The notes below the pieces were generated by a model. The model did no database searches and was not told where the DNA came from. It saw only the letters and a list, made by a program, of their open reading frames with translations. A stretch of 64,000 bases of DNA from a virus. Its lineage: Duplodnaviria > Heunggongvirae > Uroviricota > Caudoviricetes. The stretch's first letter is position 1. Every line of letters starts with the position of its first letter. The stretch lies in IMG/VR virus record IMGVR_UViG_3300005831_000057. The stretch is one strand, 5' to 3'. The position numbers were made by a program, and so were the translations under genes. Shown in pieces: positions 1-10,504 of this stretch.

Positions 1-12
1 TCGATAATTGAT

Positions 13-609
13 ATGATTAATATATTCATTCCTCATGTAGATAGTATACCACATTATATAGACACTAACTATTCCAATAAAGTAGATCTGAATGCTGTAA
101 AAAAACTTCTAGACAAAGGCACTAAAATAAAAGATATAGCTAACAGATTAGGTGTTAAAATACATAGAATTTACGACTGTATATATATTAATAGTTTAAG
201 TTATCCAGACGATTATGTTAAAATGGGAGAAATCGGTGTCGTGCAACTAAACTTAAATGGAGAGTATATTAATAGATTTGATTCTATTAAAGATGCCAGT
301 AGGTATAATAATATTAAGTACCACAATATATCTCATGCTATGAATAAAAAAAGAGTGTATTCATCTGGATACTTATGGGTAAAAGAATGTGAATACGATA
401 AAAATTTTAGTGATTATTATGTTAAGAATATAAACTATGATGTAAATGTGCATAAATACAGTTTAAAAAATGAATATATATGTTCGTACGATAGTATATT
501 GGAAGCAGAAGTTGACACTGGAATAAAAAAGAATATGATATATGCAGTAGCGTTTAAGAATAAAAGAAAAACTACAGGAGGATTTATATGGAAGAATACT
601 CTTGTATAA
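13..609 (+). CDS. Homing-endonuclease-like DNA-binding protein; the frame is open to the window edge, so it may be 5'-truncated
   Basis: Helix-turn-helix segment (DIANRLGVKIHRIY). The C-terminal FDSIKDASRYNNIKYHNISHAMNKKRVYSSGYLWV block resembles the DNA-binding tail modules of phage HNH/GIY-YIG endonucleases. There is no stop between nt 1 and the ATG at 13. Confidence 0.4.
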   Translation: MINIFIPHVDSIPHYIDTNYSNKVDLNAVKKLLDKGTKIKDIANRLGVKIHRIYDCIYINSLSYPDDYVKMGEIGVVQLNLNGEYINRFDSIKDASRYNNIKYHNISHAMNKKRVYSSGYLWVKECEYDKNFSDYYVKNINYDVNVHKYSLKNEYICSYDSILEAEVDTGIKKNMIYAVAFKNKRKTTGGFIWKNTLV

Positions 610-811
610 TATTATAAGAATCCTCAGAGACTGCGGGATGTATATGGTAACATATATATTGAAGTTGTTTTCCCTGTCGCAAGACGAGAATAATATACAG
701 TCCGAACCTCATGCAATAATCCGATATAAAAAAGAAACATGAGAATAAGCCAGAAATGACTTATCGCCATACTTAGTATGGTCAGTAGCCAGTCATGGCG
801 AAAGTAACAGA
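610..811 (+). ncRNA. Structured GC-richer non-coding segment; candidate group I intron core (P3-P9) between the endonuclease ORF and the tape measure reading frame
   Basis: Locally higher GC than the flanks. Short hairpins (ccatacttagtatgg; gccagtcatggc) and complementary GACTG/CAGTC segments. Lies directly between an endonuclease-like ORF and a structural gene whose N-terminus looks internal. Confidence 0.25.
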
Positions 812-3800
812 ATGATGAAAGGCGAACTAGATAAATTAGGCGAAGAATCTGCTGGAGTAGAGTCGATTAGTAAAATGCAGACTCAAATACTAAACCTTAC
901 CAAAGGACAAGTAAATATTTTTAAAGATAACGGAGATTTTAAAGACACTTACACTATAATGGAGGGTATATCAAAGGTATTCTCAGATTTAAGCCAAACA
1001 AACCAAGCAGAGTTATTAGAAACTGTATCTGGAAAACAAAGAGCAAATCAGATAGCAGCCATAATACAATCTTTTCAATCTGGTCAAGCACAAAAGGCGT
1101 ATCAAGCATCGTTAAATTCGACTGGTTCGGCTATGAAAGAAAACGAAGAGAGAGCCAAAGGTTTAGAATATAAAATGGCTCAATTAAAAGCTACCATAGA
1201 AAAACTGTCTTCTGTTGTGATAGATTCTGATTTCTTAAAAACTCTTATGGATTCTGGAATAGGAGCTTTAGATGTAATTACTAAATTAATTGATAAATTT
1301 GGACTTATGAATATCGCTCTAGTGACATTAACATCAGTACTTAGCGCTAAAGGAATTGGGGTTGCTCAATTATTTAGTGGATTAAGTGGTGGAACTAAAA
1401 TCGGCTCTGGTATGTTCGAAGATATTAACAAATCTATCAAAGAATATAATAATAGCTTATCAAAATCAATAGATATACAGAATAAAAGCATAGACTCGAT
1501 ATCGATAGAAAACGAATCTCTTGGAAACTACCTAAGAACTAAGAATGGTGCAACTGCTAGTACTGGTGAATATGTAAAAGGTATGGCAAAAGCTAGAATA
1601 GCTACAATAAAAATGGCGGCGGCTACAATGGCTATGAATGTTGCGATGACTGTGGCTGTGTCTGCGATAATTGGATTGGCAGTGTCTGAATTTCAAAAAC
1701 TTACAACAGCGACTACAGAATCTCTTGACAAGTTCACCGAAATGACTGATAAGCGTAAAGAAGAATCTGCTAGTTTAGACAAACAGATATCAAAATATAA
1801 AGAACTTAGATCTATAATCGAGAGCAATGCATCTACAACTGAACAAGTCAATACTGCCAAAAGTCAATTGTTGGAAATACAAGACAACTTATTAAGCAGT
1901 TATTATGACGAAGCAGATGGTATTGATTTAGTTAATGGCAAAATGGACGATCAAATAGCTAAGATGAAAAAGATATCGGTAGAAGCTTCAAGAAAATATA
2001 CTATATCTAATTTTGATAGTTATGAAAAGTCAAGAAAGTATTTGGAAGAAAACAAATGGTATAGTGCAATTCCTGCATTTTCAAAAACTGGAATAAAGAA
2101 AGATGCTGCCGACATAGGCGAAGACTTCTTTAAAAAGCAAGGATTTACAACTGAAAAATATACTGCTTGGGATAAGAGTAACCAAAGTTTAAAAAATCCT
2201 ATGGGAACAGCAGAGATGTTGAAAGTGTACCTTCCAGCTTCGACTAGAGAAGAGGCTATAAAGAAGTTTAACAACTTGTTCGACGCATTAAACAAAGAGT
2301 TCGGAAGTAATAATCCTAAGATAGCATCGCTTAAAAGTGCCATATCTAAACAGTTGGAAGATTATGGTCTTGACGAAGAGGCTATAGGAAAACAAAGAGC
2401 TAATATTGAAGAATATCTTAAGAATGTAGTAATATCTGATGATAGGCTCAGACCTATATACCAAAAGGCTCTTGACGCAAAAGATGCTTACGATACTGCT
2501 GTTAAAGCTGGTGACGCAGAAGCTATAAAATCAGCTCAGAATAATATAAAGGCTGTTAAAGAAGACGCTAAGATAGCAGAAGGTATTATAGAAGGATCTG
2601 GAAAAATATTTTCTAATTTATTTAGTGGCTTAGACTTATCAACTAAAGTTTTAGAAGAATTTAATGTAGTAGCAAAAGATACGTCGTTTAATATGTCAGA
2701 AGACGATGTTAAGCTATTAGAGACTTATAATACCAAGCTTAAAGATATTTATGACAAAATGCAATCAATGGACAAACTTAGTCAGTCTGATGCATTAGCT
2801 ATAATAACACAATATAGTGACTTTGATTGGAACTCTGTAGGAGCTATTAACAAAGACGGATCTATAAACGTCGAAAATATGGCTACTGGAATGAGTAAAT
2901 TATACAATTCCACTCTTAAGTTGGCACAAGAAGCATTTCCTAATTTATCAAGTGCTATGAACATATTTAAAAGCGAGGCTTCAAATCAAGACTCTATAAT
3001 AAAATCTTCACTTGACGACATAAAAGAACTTGAAGACGTAAGTAAGAAATTGGCATCAAAGCAATCATTATCTGGTGAAGAAATGGCTGCACTCATAAGC
3101 AAATATCCGACACTTAATAGTCTTATAAAGAAAACATCAAAAGGTTATTCATTGGAAGAAGATGCTTTAAACGAACTTATACGTGCTAGAGGTTCTGAGG
3201 GCAATACTGCTATCGCTTCAAGAGTTAAGGCTTCTAAGGCTATAATACTTACTGCCAAAGCCAATATAGATGCTATAAATAAAGAATTGAAAGCTATTCA
3301 TAATGCTACTGTGGGATTATGGAAATATGCCGAAACTGCTTACTCTGTATTTGCAATGTTAAATAATGGTAAATTCGTAGATTGGGATACTCTAGTTGAT
3401 AGAATTGGTAAGAGAATGATAGATACTAACCAAAAAGAAATATCTAAACAAAACAAAGAGTTAGATAAATTATATGGCGAAATGTCTGATATTGCTACAT
3501 CTACCGATAAAACTAAAAAAGACAAGACTAAGAACACAGCTACGCTATTTGATTGGATTGCTAAAAAGCTTGATATAATGGCTAAGGCTACAGAAAATGC
3601 TAAGAATAAAATCGAAGATTTCTATAGTTTAGTTAATAAGAATAAAGCTACAAAAGATGCCATATCTAGTATACGAAAAGAGATTGACGCAAATAAAAGA
3701 GCTATAACAGAATATGGTAAATTGGCTGGAAAGGTCAGTCTTAGCAAAGGATGGAAAGATAAAGTAAAAAATGGCGGATATTCTATTTCTAGTGTAAGTG

Positions 3801-5641
3801 ACGAAAATACTATAAAGAAAATTCAAGAATATCAAGAATATTATGACAAGATAAATCAATCAAAAGAAAAGATATCGCAATTAAAGAAAGAAGAGTTAGA
3901 ACTTTATAGACAAAGACTTGAAAATATAAAGACATTCTACAATCTTCAAAAGTCATATCGTTCGGCTAGCACAGATACTATTCAGTCGAGAATAGATTCA
4001 AGGTCTAATTTGGGAGCGTCTACTACTTCGGCTAGCTACAAGAAAGACTTAGAGAATCTAAGAAATTCACAACAAAAAGAGTTAAAGATTATAAAAGAAG
4101 AGCGTACTAAGTATAAAAAGGATTTGGACGTACTATATAAATCTGGAAATATTAGCGGAACTGCTTATGTAGAAGGATTGACATATGTAAAAGAATTAGA
4201 TTCTGCTATAATAAACATGAACTCTTCGATTGCTGATACGCAAAACTCAATAGATAACATTAATTATAATAAGCTAATAATTGCTAACGATTCTCTTGAC
4301 AATAGTATAAACAAGCTTAATAATAGTTTAGACGTGAAACTTAAAAAGGGAATGAAACTTAGTACATCTGATTATACTAGCATAATATCTCAATATGAAA
4401 AAGTAGGAAGCAATATAAAGTCTCAGATTTCCGAAGCTAAAAGGTTGCAATCTAAAGAAAATGTAAATTCAGATATATGGTTAAAGTATGCAAGTGATAT
4501 ATCTTCGCTAGAGAATGAACTTACCGATGTTCAGATATCCATAATTGATACAAAGACAGCGATGTTTGAATCATTAATATGGCAACCGATAGAACGTGCT
4601 AATCAAAGTGCTGAAACGTTAAGAGGTAATCTGTCCTCTTTGGCTAATCTTATAGACGATTCTGATATGTTTGATAAGAGTGGCAATATAACAGCTTTGG
4701 GTGTAGCTAAACAATCATTGTTACAACAAGAATTTGATAACTCTAAGAAGTCTGTTAATGAATATGTTAAAGAAATAGATAAGTTAAATACTGCATATAA
4801 AGGTGGCAAGACTGGACTTACTAAAGATCAATATACTGAAAAGTTGCAATCTTTAAGAAGTGGATTATTGTCTACTGCATCTGAAACCAAGTCTTTATAT
4901 GAACAACTTAATAAACTTGAAAAAGATAGAAGTACAAAAGAGATAGAAAGCTTAAAAGAGTCTATTGCTTTACGTGAAAAGGCTTTGCAGAAAAAGAAAG
5001 ATTATTATGACTACGACAAACAGATTTCAGAAAAGACAAAAGATATAAGGTCGTTGCAATCACAAATAATTTCTCTTGAAGGCGTTACTACGGCAGAAGG
5101 TAAAGCTAGAAGGGCTAGACTTAGATCTGAATCAGAAAGGTTAGGATCTGAACTTAAGGATATAGTAAAAGATCATCAAATACAAGTTATAACTGATGGA
5201 TTTAATAATCTTAGCGAAACATTAGATACTCAACTAGAAGAACTTAATAATTCATCGTCTATATCAGCAGAAATGCTTATGCAAATAAAAGATTCTATAC
5301 TTGGCGGAACTGGCAATTCTTTAGATATTAGTAGGAATAGCTTTCAACAAGTGGGCGATATAATAAATGACAGTTCTATGTCAAAACGAGATAAGACTTC
5401 TCAATTAAAAGGTATAAAGGGGACTTTTAGAAATTCACTTCCGTCTTCTTTAAGCAATTCAATAGACTCGTCTAAATTATCAAGTTCTGGAGCTTTGCAG
5501 AATATAAATATAGATAATAGTATTACTGTTCAAGGAAGTATGGATAGTGCAACAATGTCACAACTCAAAGGTCTTAAAGGACAAATAGTGAATGATACAA
5601 TTAAAGAAATTAAGAGAAATTTAGAAAGAGCTGGTTATTAA
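812..5641 (+). CDS. Tail tape measure protein
   Basis: 1609 aa, extensively coiled-coil, with an internal hydrophobic segment (AATMAMNVAMTVAVSAIIGLAV). Sits immediately upstream of the Dit/Tal genes. Confidence 0.8.
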   Translation: MMKGELDKLGEESAGVESISKMQTQILNLTKGQVNIFKDNGDFKDTYTIMEGISKVFSDLSQTNQAELLETVSGKQRANQIAAIIQSFQSGQAQKAYQASLNSTGSAMKENEERAKGLEYKMAQLKATIEKLSSVVIDSDFLKTLMDSGIGALDVITKLIDKFGLMNIALVTLTSVLSAKGIGVAQLFSGLSGGTKIGSGMFEDINKSIKEYNNSLSKSIDIQNKSIDSISIENESLGNYLRTKNGATASTGEYVKGMAKARIATIKMAAATMAMNVAMTVAVSAIIGLAVSEFQKLTTATTESLDKFTEMTDKRKEESASLDKQISKYKELRSIIESNASTTEQVNTAKSQLLEIQDNLLSSYYDEADGIDLVNGKMDDQIAKMKKISVEASRKYTISNFDSYEKSRKYLEENKWYSAIPAFSKTGIKKDAADIGEDFFKKQGFTTEKYTAWDKSNQSLKNPMGTAEMLKVYLPASTREEAIKKFNNLFDALNKEFGSNNPKIASLKSAISKQLEDYGLDEEAIGKQRANIEEYLKNVVISDDRLRPIYQKALDAKDAYDTAVKAGDAEAIKSAQNNIKAVKEDAKIAEGIIEGSGKIFSNLFSGLDLSTKVLEEFNVVAKDTSFNMSEDDVKLLETYNTKLKDIYDKMQSMDKLSQSDALAIITQYSDFDWNSVGAINKDGSINVENMATGMSKLYNSTLKLAQEAFPNLSSAMNIFKSEASNQDSIIKSSLDDIKELEDVSKKLASKQSLSGEEMAALISKYPTLNSLIKKTSKGYSLEEDALNELIRARGSEGNTAIASRVKASKAIILTAKANIDAINKELKAIHNATVGLWKYAETAYSVFAMLNNGKFVDWDTLVDRIGKRMIDTNQKEISKQNKELDKLYGEMSDIATSTDKTKKDKTKNTATLFDWIAKKLDIMAKATENAKNKIEDFYSLVNKNKATKDAISSIRKEIDANKRAITEYGKLAGKVSLSKGWKDKVKNGGYSISSVSDENTIKKIQEYQEYYDKINQSKEKISQLKKEELELYRQRLENIKTFYNLQKSYRSASTDTIQSRIDSRSNLGASTTSASYKKDLENLRNSQQKELKIIKEERTKYKKDLDVLYKSGNISGTAYVEGLTYVKELDSAIINMNSSIADTQNSIDNINYNKLIIANDSLDNSINKLNNSLDVKLKKGMKLSTSDYTSIISQYEKVGSNIKSQISEAKRLQSKENVNSDIWLKYASDISSLENELTDVQISIIDTKTAMFESLIWQPIERANQSAETLRGNLSSLANLIDDSDMFDKSGNITALGVAKQSLLQQEFDNSKKSVNEYVKEIDKLNTAYKGGKTGLTKDQYTEKLQSLRSGLLSTASETKSLYEQLNKLEKDRSTKEIESLKESIALREKALQKKKDYYDYDKQISEKTKDIRSLQSQIISLEGVTTAEGKARRARLRSESERLGSELKDIVKDHQIQVITDGFNNLSETLDTQLEELNNSSSISAEMLMQIKDSILGGTGNSLDISRNSFQQVGDIINDSSMSKRDKTSQLKGIKGTFRNSLPSSLSNSIDSSKLSSSGALQNINIDNSITVQGSMDSATMSQLKGLKGQIVNDTIKEIKRNLERAGY

Positions 5642-5703
5642 TTATTTTGGTACGTGTAGTAATATTATTATGCGTACCAATTTATTAGAAAGGGGGATTT
5701 ATT

Positions 5704-6513
5704 TTGGTAACTTTTACTTATAATAGCGTAAGTTTATCTTCTATGTTAACTGATAGTATGACAGTCTGTAGGCTCGATGCGTCACAAGATTATCCAAGTT
5801 TTCTAGGAAGAGAAATTATCAAAGGAGAGGTTAGAGCAAGCAGACCAGTTGCTAACTTTTACGGAACAAAAAATGCAAATGTAATCGAATTTTCTTTTAC
5901 AATTGTAAAGTCTAATAAGACAGCGTTTAGCGCAACAGATATAAGAACTTTAAACAGACAATTAACATCTACGAAATATCCAAGATTTATGGTGTGGACT
6001 GACACTCCAAATACAATAACGTATCGTGGATTAATAGATACAGAATCATACTTGGTGCTTGGAAAGAATGTGTATGGAATAACTTACAAGTTTACATCAA
6101 ATTCTCCATATGTATGGTCTGATATAACTACGTCAACTACAATAGTAACGACTACTAGTAACGTGTCTATAAGCTATCCTACTGACGAAATGTATAATTA
6201 TGGATATCCGTCAATAACATTAAATAATTCTAGCGTAACTGCTAAAACATATACGATAACAAATACAACAGACAATAACAGAAGTATGACAATAACCGTT
6301 CCTCCTAGCACTACATATTATATAGATACCGAATATAATCGAGTTTTAGATGATTATGGTTCTATATCGTTCGAGGATTTAGGATGGGAAAATTTGACAA
6401 ATCTACAATGGATAAGATTGGTATATGGGGCTAACGCATTTGTATTGACTGGAGCTGGAACTATAACATTTTCTTTTAGATATCCAATGAAAGATATAGG
6501 GGTGATTATTTAA
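5704..6513 (+). CDS. Distal tail protein (Dit-like)
   Basis: 269 aa ORF directly after the TMP and overlapping the start of the large tail protein, the canonical siphovirus Dit position. Confidence 0.55.
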   Translation: MVTFTYNSVSLSSMLTDSMTVCRLDASQDYPSFLGREIIKGEVRASRPVANFYGTKNANVIEFSFTIVKSNKTAFSATDIRTLNRQLTSTKYPRFMVWTDTPNTITYRGLIDTESYLVLGKNVYGITYKFTSNSPYVWSDITTSTTIVTTTSNVSISYPTDEMYNYGYPSITLNNSSVTAKTYTITNTTDNNRSMTITVPPSTTYYIDTEYNRVLDDYGSISFEDLGWENLTNLQWIRLVYGANAFVLTGAGTITFSFRYPMKDIGVII

Positions 6514-9500
6514 TGGCTATTTATAACTTTTTGGAAGGATTATTAATAAAGAAAAATGGAGCGTTCGGAAGGCTTAGACTTAGTCAAGAAGAAATACTAT
6601 TATCCAAGAATACATATCTATTAACTCCTAGTAAAATATATCTGTGTAAACCCAATAGAAAGCCTATATGCGTCTTAAATGGAGTTGATATAAATAGTGT
6701 ACAAACAAGCGTTAGACTACAAGATATATGCAAACTATCGTTTTCTGTTGATAAATATATAACAATAGGTGATTCTGAAATTGTAAGTGATGGATATGAT
6801 ATACTTCATGCTTATATGGAAGTTTATGTTGAGAATATTGGATATTTTAAAATACAAGAGCCGTCAATAATGATAGAAGATGGAAGAGAATATAAAACTG
6901 TAAGCGGAGAGTCTGTAGATAAAGAGCTTATAGACAAAGATTTGATTGGGCTATCTATAAATATGGGAACAGAAGATTCGCTAGAAATGTTAGTTGATGG
7001 CAACGTTAGTAATGCTGGATTTAGAATAGAGCCTATTACATTTTATAATGAATTCAGACCAGAGTTGTCGCTTCTTGATATAGTAATGGAAAAGATTTCT
7101 GGATGGAGTATAGCGTTCGTAGACGAAAGTTTAAAGAATAGAGTATTTAATTTTGAAATAGATTCTAAAAATATATATGCATTTTTAACACAAGATGTTT
7201 CTGGTTCTGCTGAATGTATATTCTTCTTTAACACAATAGACAAAACTATAAGTGTTTATGCCAAAGAAAATATAGGCGAAGATACTGGAATATTTATATC
7301 ACAAGAAAACCTAATGAATACTGTTGACATAAATTGCGACTCTGATAGCATATATACGAGACTTAATGTTAGAGGAGAAGGCGAATTAAATTTATCAGCT
7401 GTTAACTTTGGTGACTTAAGGATATTTAATAGAGATTATTTTATGACTACAGACTATGTGTCTCAAGATATAATAGATAAGCATACTTATTGGAAAAATT
7501 ACAGAGAACTACAAAGATCATTGTATATACAAAAATTCAAAGATTATACTACACAATCTGAAATAGTGGACGAAATAACATATCGTGTACCCAATGATGG
7601 ATGTAATACTTACCAGTGGAATCAGTTAACTCAACTTGAACTAAATGCTAATCTAGTATATTACCAAGCCGAACTTACTACAATGCAAATATCAGTAGAC
7701 ACTACGCCACAATATACCACAGATGGTAATTATATAGCATGGACTCTTAATGGAAGCATAAATCATCAAGCATATATGAATTTATTGTTATCTCAAAACA
7801 AAGGATATTACACATATTACGAAATACTTAATTATATAATGCCAAATATAGAATTAGCGATTGGTAATTATGGTTTATCAGAAGAAAACAAAACGCCTTA
7901 TGTGGAAGATTGGGATACTAACTTTGACTTATATGGAACTGTGGAATTATCGACAAAAAGGGAAGCTTACAAAGAACAACTAATGATACTTTCAAATGTG
8001 GTAATCTTAGATGTGAATAGATCTCCCATATATTTCGCATCATTAACGGCTTCACAGAAATCACAAAATGGTATTAACGAGTCTACGTATGACAACTATT
8101 GCAACACTTACGCTAGTACAAAATTGAATCTTGACAATTGTGAGATATCGCTAGAAGAAAGACAAATAGAACTTAATGATGCTACGGATTTGATGAATAC
8201 ATATATATCTGATTTAGAGAATATGCGAAATGACGTTGATATTTCTAATGTACAATTTGGATTTACTACTGACGAATTAAACACAATTAATATTTTAAAT
8301 ATAGATACAGATTACGCAAATGATAATATATTGGTAACAGAAACTAATACGAGTATTGAAGCTATAGATGTCGCAAATGATTTATATCTTGACGCTACTG
8401 AAAAGTTAATATCACTATCTCAGCCACAATATAATTTTTCTACCACAATAGATAATTTATACAACATGATAGAATTTTATGATTGGAAAATAGATTTCAA
8501 AGTTGGTAATTTTATAAGAGTAGCTATAAGAGATGGTTATGTAGTAAAGTTTAGGCTTTCAGACATTACATTTAATCCTTGTGATGCAGAAAGCGAATTA
8601 TCGGTAACATATACAAATATGGTAAGATCTAAAAATGGGCTTAATGATTTTACGACTTTATTTGATTCTACAATATCAGCACAGAAAAACAGTATATCTT
8701 ATGCGTCAACTAAAGCTACTGGACAAATAGAATTGACTGCTGAATTGCTACAGAAAATATCAAATTCAAGTCAGATATCAAGCAAGATTTCTAATAGTCA
8801 AAGCGCCACATCTACAGATACAGAGCTCAAAACTAGCACAGTTGTAGGCGACGTTATTGGAGCTAGAAAAGTGGACGCTGAAATAATGACTGTTACAAAA
8901 GCCAATGTTAATGAATTATTTTCTGGAGACATAACATTTACTGGAACTATAACTGGTGGATCTTATGATGGCGGAGTTGACAATGGAGTTATAAAAAGTT
9001 TGAATTATGTTCCTAATACAAGCGGAACTAGATTGGACTTGGTTAATGGAAGTTTCGAAACTAGTAGTGCATTACTTCGTGGAGATATTTATGCTGACAA
9101 TGGATACATTGGTGGAGTAGATGGATTTACAATAGATACTAACGCAATCAGAAATGGGAAAACGACGTTCGCTGACTACGTAAATCAAGGTGTGTATATT
9201 TCTACTTCTGGAATTAGTATAGGTGATGCATTGGGTGGATGGATAGGAATAGATATAGACGGAACTATGGAGTTAAGAAGATATAATGAACTAGGTGTGT
9301 TACTTTCTTCTAATCGAGTAGAACCAGATTTAATAAATATCTATACAGATGATACATATTTTACAACCATATCAGATGGGTTAGTTTTATGTAGCGGAGA
9401 TATTTTGGCTAATTACAATCCTACTACTACAAATGGTATATCATTAGCTACGATAGGTTACGATTCTGGGTGGATTGCTCCTACGATATTAGCATCATTT

Positions 9501-9809
9501 CAGAATTCCGATGTGGCAATATCTTACAGAAAACTAGGCAAACATATTGAATTAAGAGGATCATTTTCGTTAATCAGTGGGACATTATCTGGTTCGAGAA
9601 CAATATTTACACTTCCAGATGGATATAGACCGACTACAACTAGAAGATATGTAGCAAGAACAAGTACGCCAACGACAATGTTAGCAATAACAGTCAACAC
9701 AACTGGCGTGGTAACTATACAAGCACAATCAGTTACAACAACTCCTACGTACATTAATTTTACGACAGGTGTAGTGTATTATTTAGATCAAGTATCGTTT
9801 TTGATTTAA
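6513..9809 (+). CDS. Tail-associated lysin / tail endopeptidase-like protein (Tal) with a C-terminal receptor-binding-like region
   Basis: 1098 aa in the canonical position after Dit. The C-terminus is rich in G/T/S repeats typical of fibre or RBP modules. Confidence 0.55.
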   Translation: MAIYNFLEGLLIKKNGAFGRLRLSQEEILLSKNTYLLTPSKIYLCKPNRKPICVLNGVDINSVQTSVRLQDICKLSFSVDKYITIGDSEIVSDGYDILHAYMEVYVENIGYFKIQEPSIMIEDGREYKTVSGESVDKELIDKDLIGLSINMGTEDSLEMLVDGNVSNAGFRIEPITFYNEFRPELSLLDIVMEKISGWSIAFVDESLKNRVFNFEIDSKNIYAFLTQDVSGSAECIFFFNTIDKTISVYAKENIGEDTGIFISQENLMNTVDINCDSDSIYTRLNVRGEGELNLSAVNFGDLRIFNRDYFMTTDYVSQDIIDKHTYWKNYRELQRSLYIQKFKDYTTQSEIVDEITYRVPNDGCNTYQWNQLTQLELNANLVYYQAELTTMQISVDTTPQYTTDGNYIAWTLNGSINHQAYMNLLLSQNKGYYTYYEILNYIMPNIELAIGNYGLSEENKTPYVEDWDTNFDLYGTVELSTKREAYKEQLMILSNVVILDVNRSPIYFASLTASQKSQNGINESTYDNYCNTYASTKLNLDNCEISLEERQIELNDATDLMNTYISDLENMRNDVDISNVQFGFTTDELNTINILNIDTDYANDNILVTETNTSIEAIDVANDLYLDATEKLISLSQPQYNFSTTIDNLYNMIEFYDWKIDFKVGNFIRVAIRDGYVVKFRLSDITFNPCDAESELSVTYTNMVRSKNGLNDFTTLFDSTISAQKNSISYASTKATGQIELTAELLQKISNSSQISSKISNSQSATSTDTELKTSTVVGDVIGARKVDAEIMTVTKANVNELFSGDITFTGTITGGSYDGGVDNGVIKSLNYVPNTSGTRLDLVNGSFETSSALLRGDIYADNGYIGGVDGFTIDTNAIRNGKTTFADYVNQGVYISTSGISIGDALGGWIGIDIDGTMELRRYNELGVLLSSNRVEPDLINIYTDDTYFTTISDGLVLCSGDILANYNPTTTNGISLATIGYDSGWIAPTILASFQNSDVAISYRKLGKHIELRGSFSLISGTLSGSRTIFTLPDGYRPTTTRRYVARTSTPTTMLAITVNTTGVVTIQAQSVTTTPTYINFTTGVVYYLDQVSFLI

Positions 9810-9856
9810 TTAATTATAGATATAATAAATAGAGAAAGTACGAAGGAGGAAATGAG

Positions 9857-10291
9857 TTGAATCACGAGTGTATAAAACTAGATAAGATAGAAGCTATTGA
9901 TGACAAGGTAAATAAATTATCAGACAATTTAAAGAATTCAGAATACAGACTTGATAGATTGTTTGAAATTACTGGATGTATGCAAAAAATGGAATCATAT
10001 GTTATTATGCTTATCGACGCAGCTGACGTGCAGAACAAGTTTAATGATGGATTTGTAGATTCTGTCAACCAGATATCACACACATTAAGAGCTATATCTG
10101 ACACTAGCAATATCGCAATAATTGGGATGAACAAGTTAACAGAGAAGATTTTAAAAGTAGAGGAAGATTCTAAGATAACAATAGAAGCTACCAATATAAT
10201 ACCTTTTATCAAGAAACATGGTGGTAAAATTATTACTGGAATAATAGTAGGAATAACAGCTATAATTGCAAAGCTACAAGGTATTTTTTAA
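9857..10291 (+). CDS. XhlA-like lysis accessory protein (N-terminal coiled coil, C-terminal transmembrane helix)
   Basis: AAGGAGGA RBS then a TTG start. Coiled-coil N-terminus and C-terminal TM helix (IITGIIVGITAIIAKL). Immediately precedes the holin and endolysin. Confidence 0.4.
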   Translation: MNHECIKLDKIEAIDDKVNKLSDNLKNSEYRLDRLFEITGCMQKMESYVIMLIDAADVQNKFNDGFVDSVNQISHTLRAISDTSNIAIIGMNKLTEKILKVEEDSKITIEATNIIPFIKKHGGKIITGIIVGITAIIAKLQGIF

Positions 10292-10304
10292 GGAGGAGTT
10301 TAGG

Positions 10305-10502
10305 ATGAGGAGTAAAGTTATTAAGTTGCTAACAGTTAAATCTATTACTACATTAATGATGATGGCTGTATTTTGTTACTTATCAATAACGCAAGCAGTA
10401 AATACGCAGCAATTCTTAACAGTGTTTACAATGGTTATATCATTTTATTTTGGTACTCAGGCAAACAAAACAGATGGAAAAATAGTTAGAGAGGATGAAT
10501 AG
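10305..10502 (+). CDS. Holin
   Basis: 65 aa with two hydrophobic helices and a charged C-terminus. AGGAGGAG RBS. Directly upstream of the endolysin. Confidence 0.6.
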   Translation: MRSKVIKLLTVKSITTLMMMAVFCYLSITQAVNTQQFLTVFTMVISFYFGTQANKTDGKIVREDE

Positions 10503-10504
10503 TT

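Noticed and set aside
2020-2343. Minus-strand ORFs inside the tape measure gene (also 2782-2964, 3340-3537, 3629-3859, 4603-4809) and similar antisense ORFs inside other long genes (e.g. 16029-16622, 17261-17458, 34327-34779, 50789-51181)
   Set aside because: They are shadow ORFs in AT-rich sequence, wholly embedded antisense to long genes with strong motif support. They have no RBS and a low-complexity Leu/Ile/Phe-rich composition.
9857-10291. Alternative shorter XhlA-like protein starting at an internal Met
   Set aside because: The good RBS lies only before the TTG at 9857. The internal Met lacks an RBS. The longer form is kept at low confidence.
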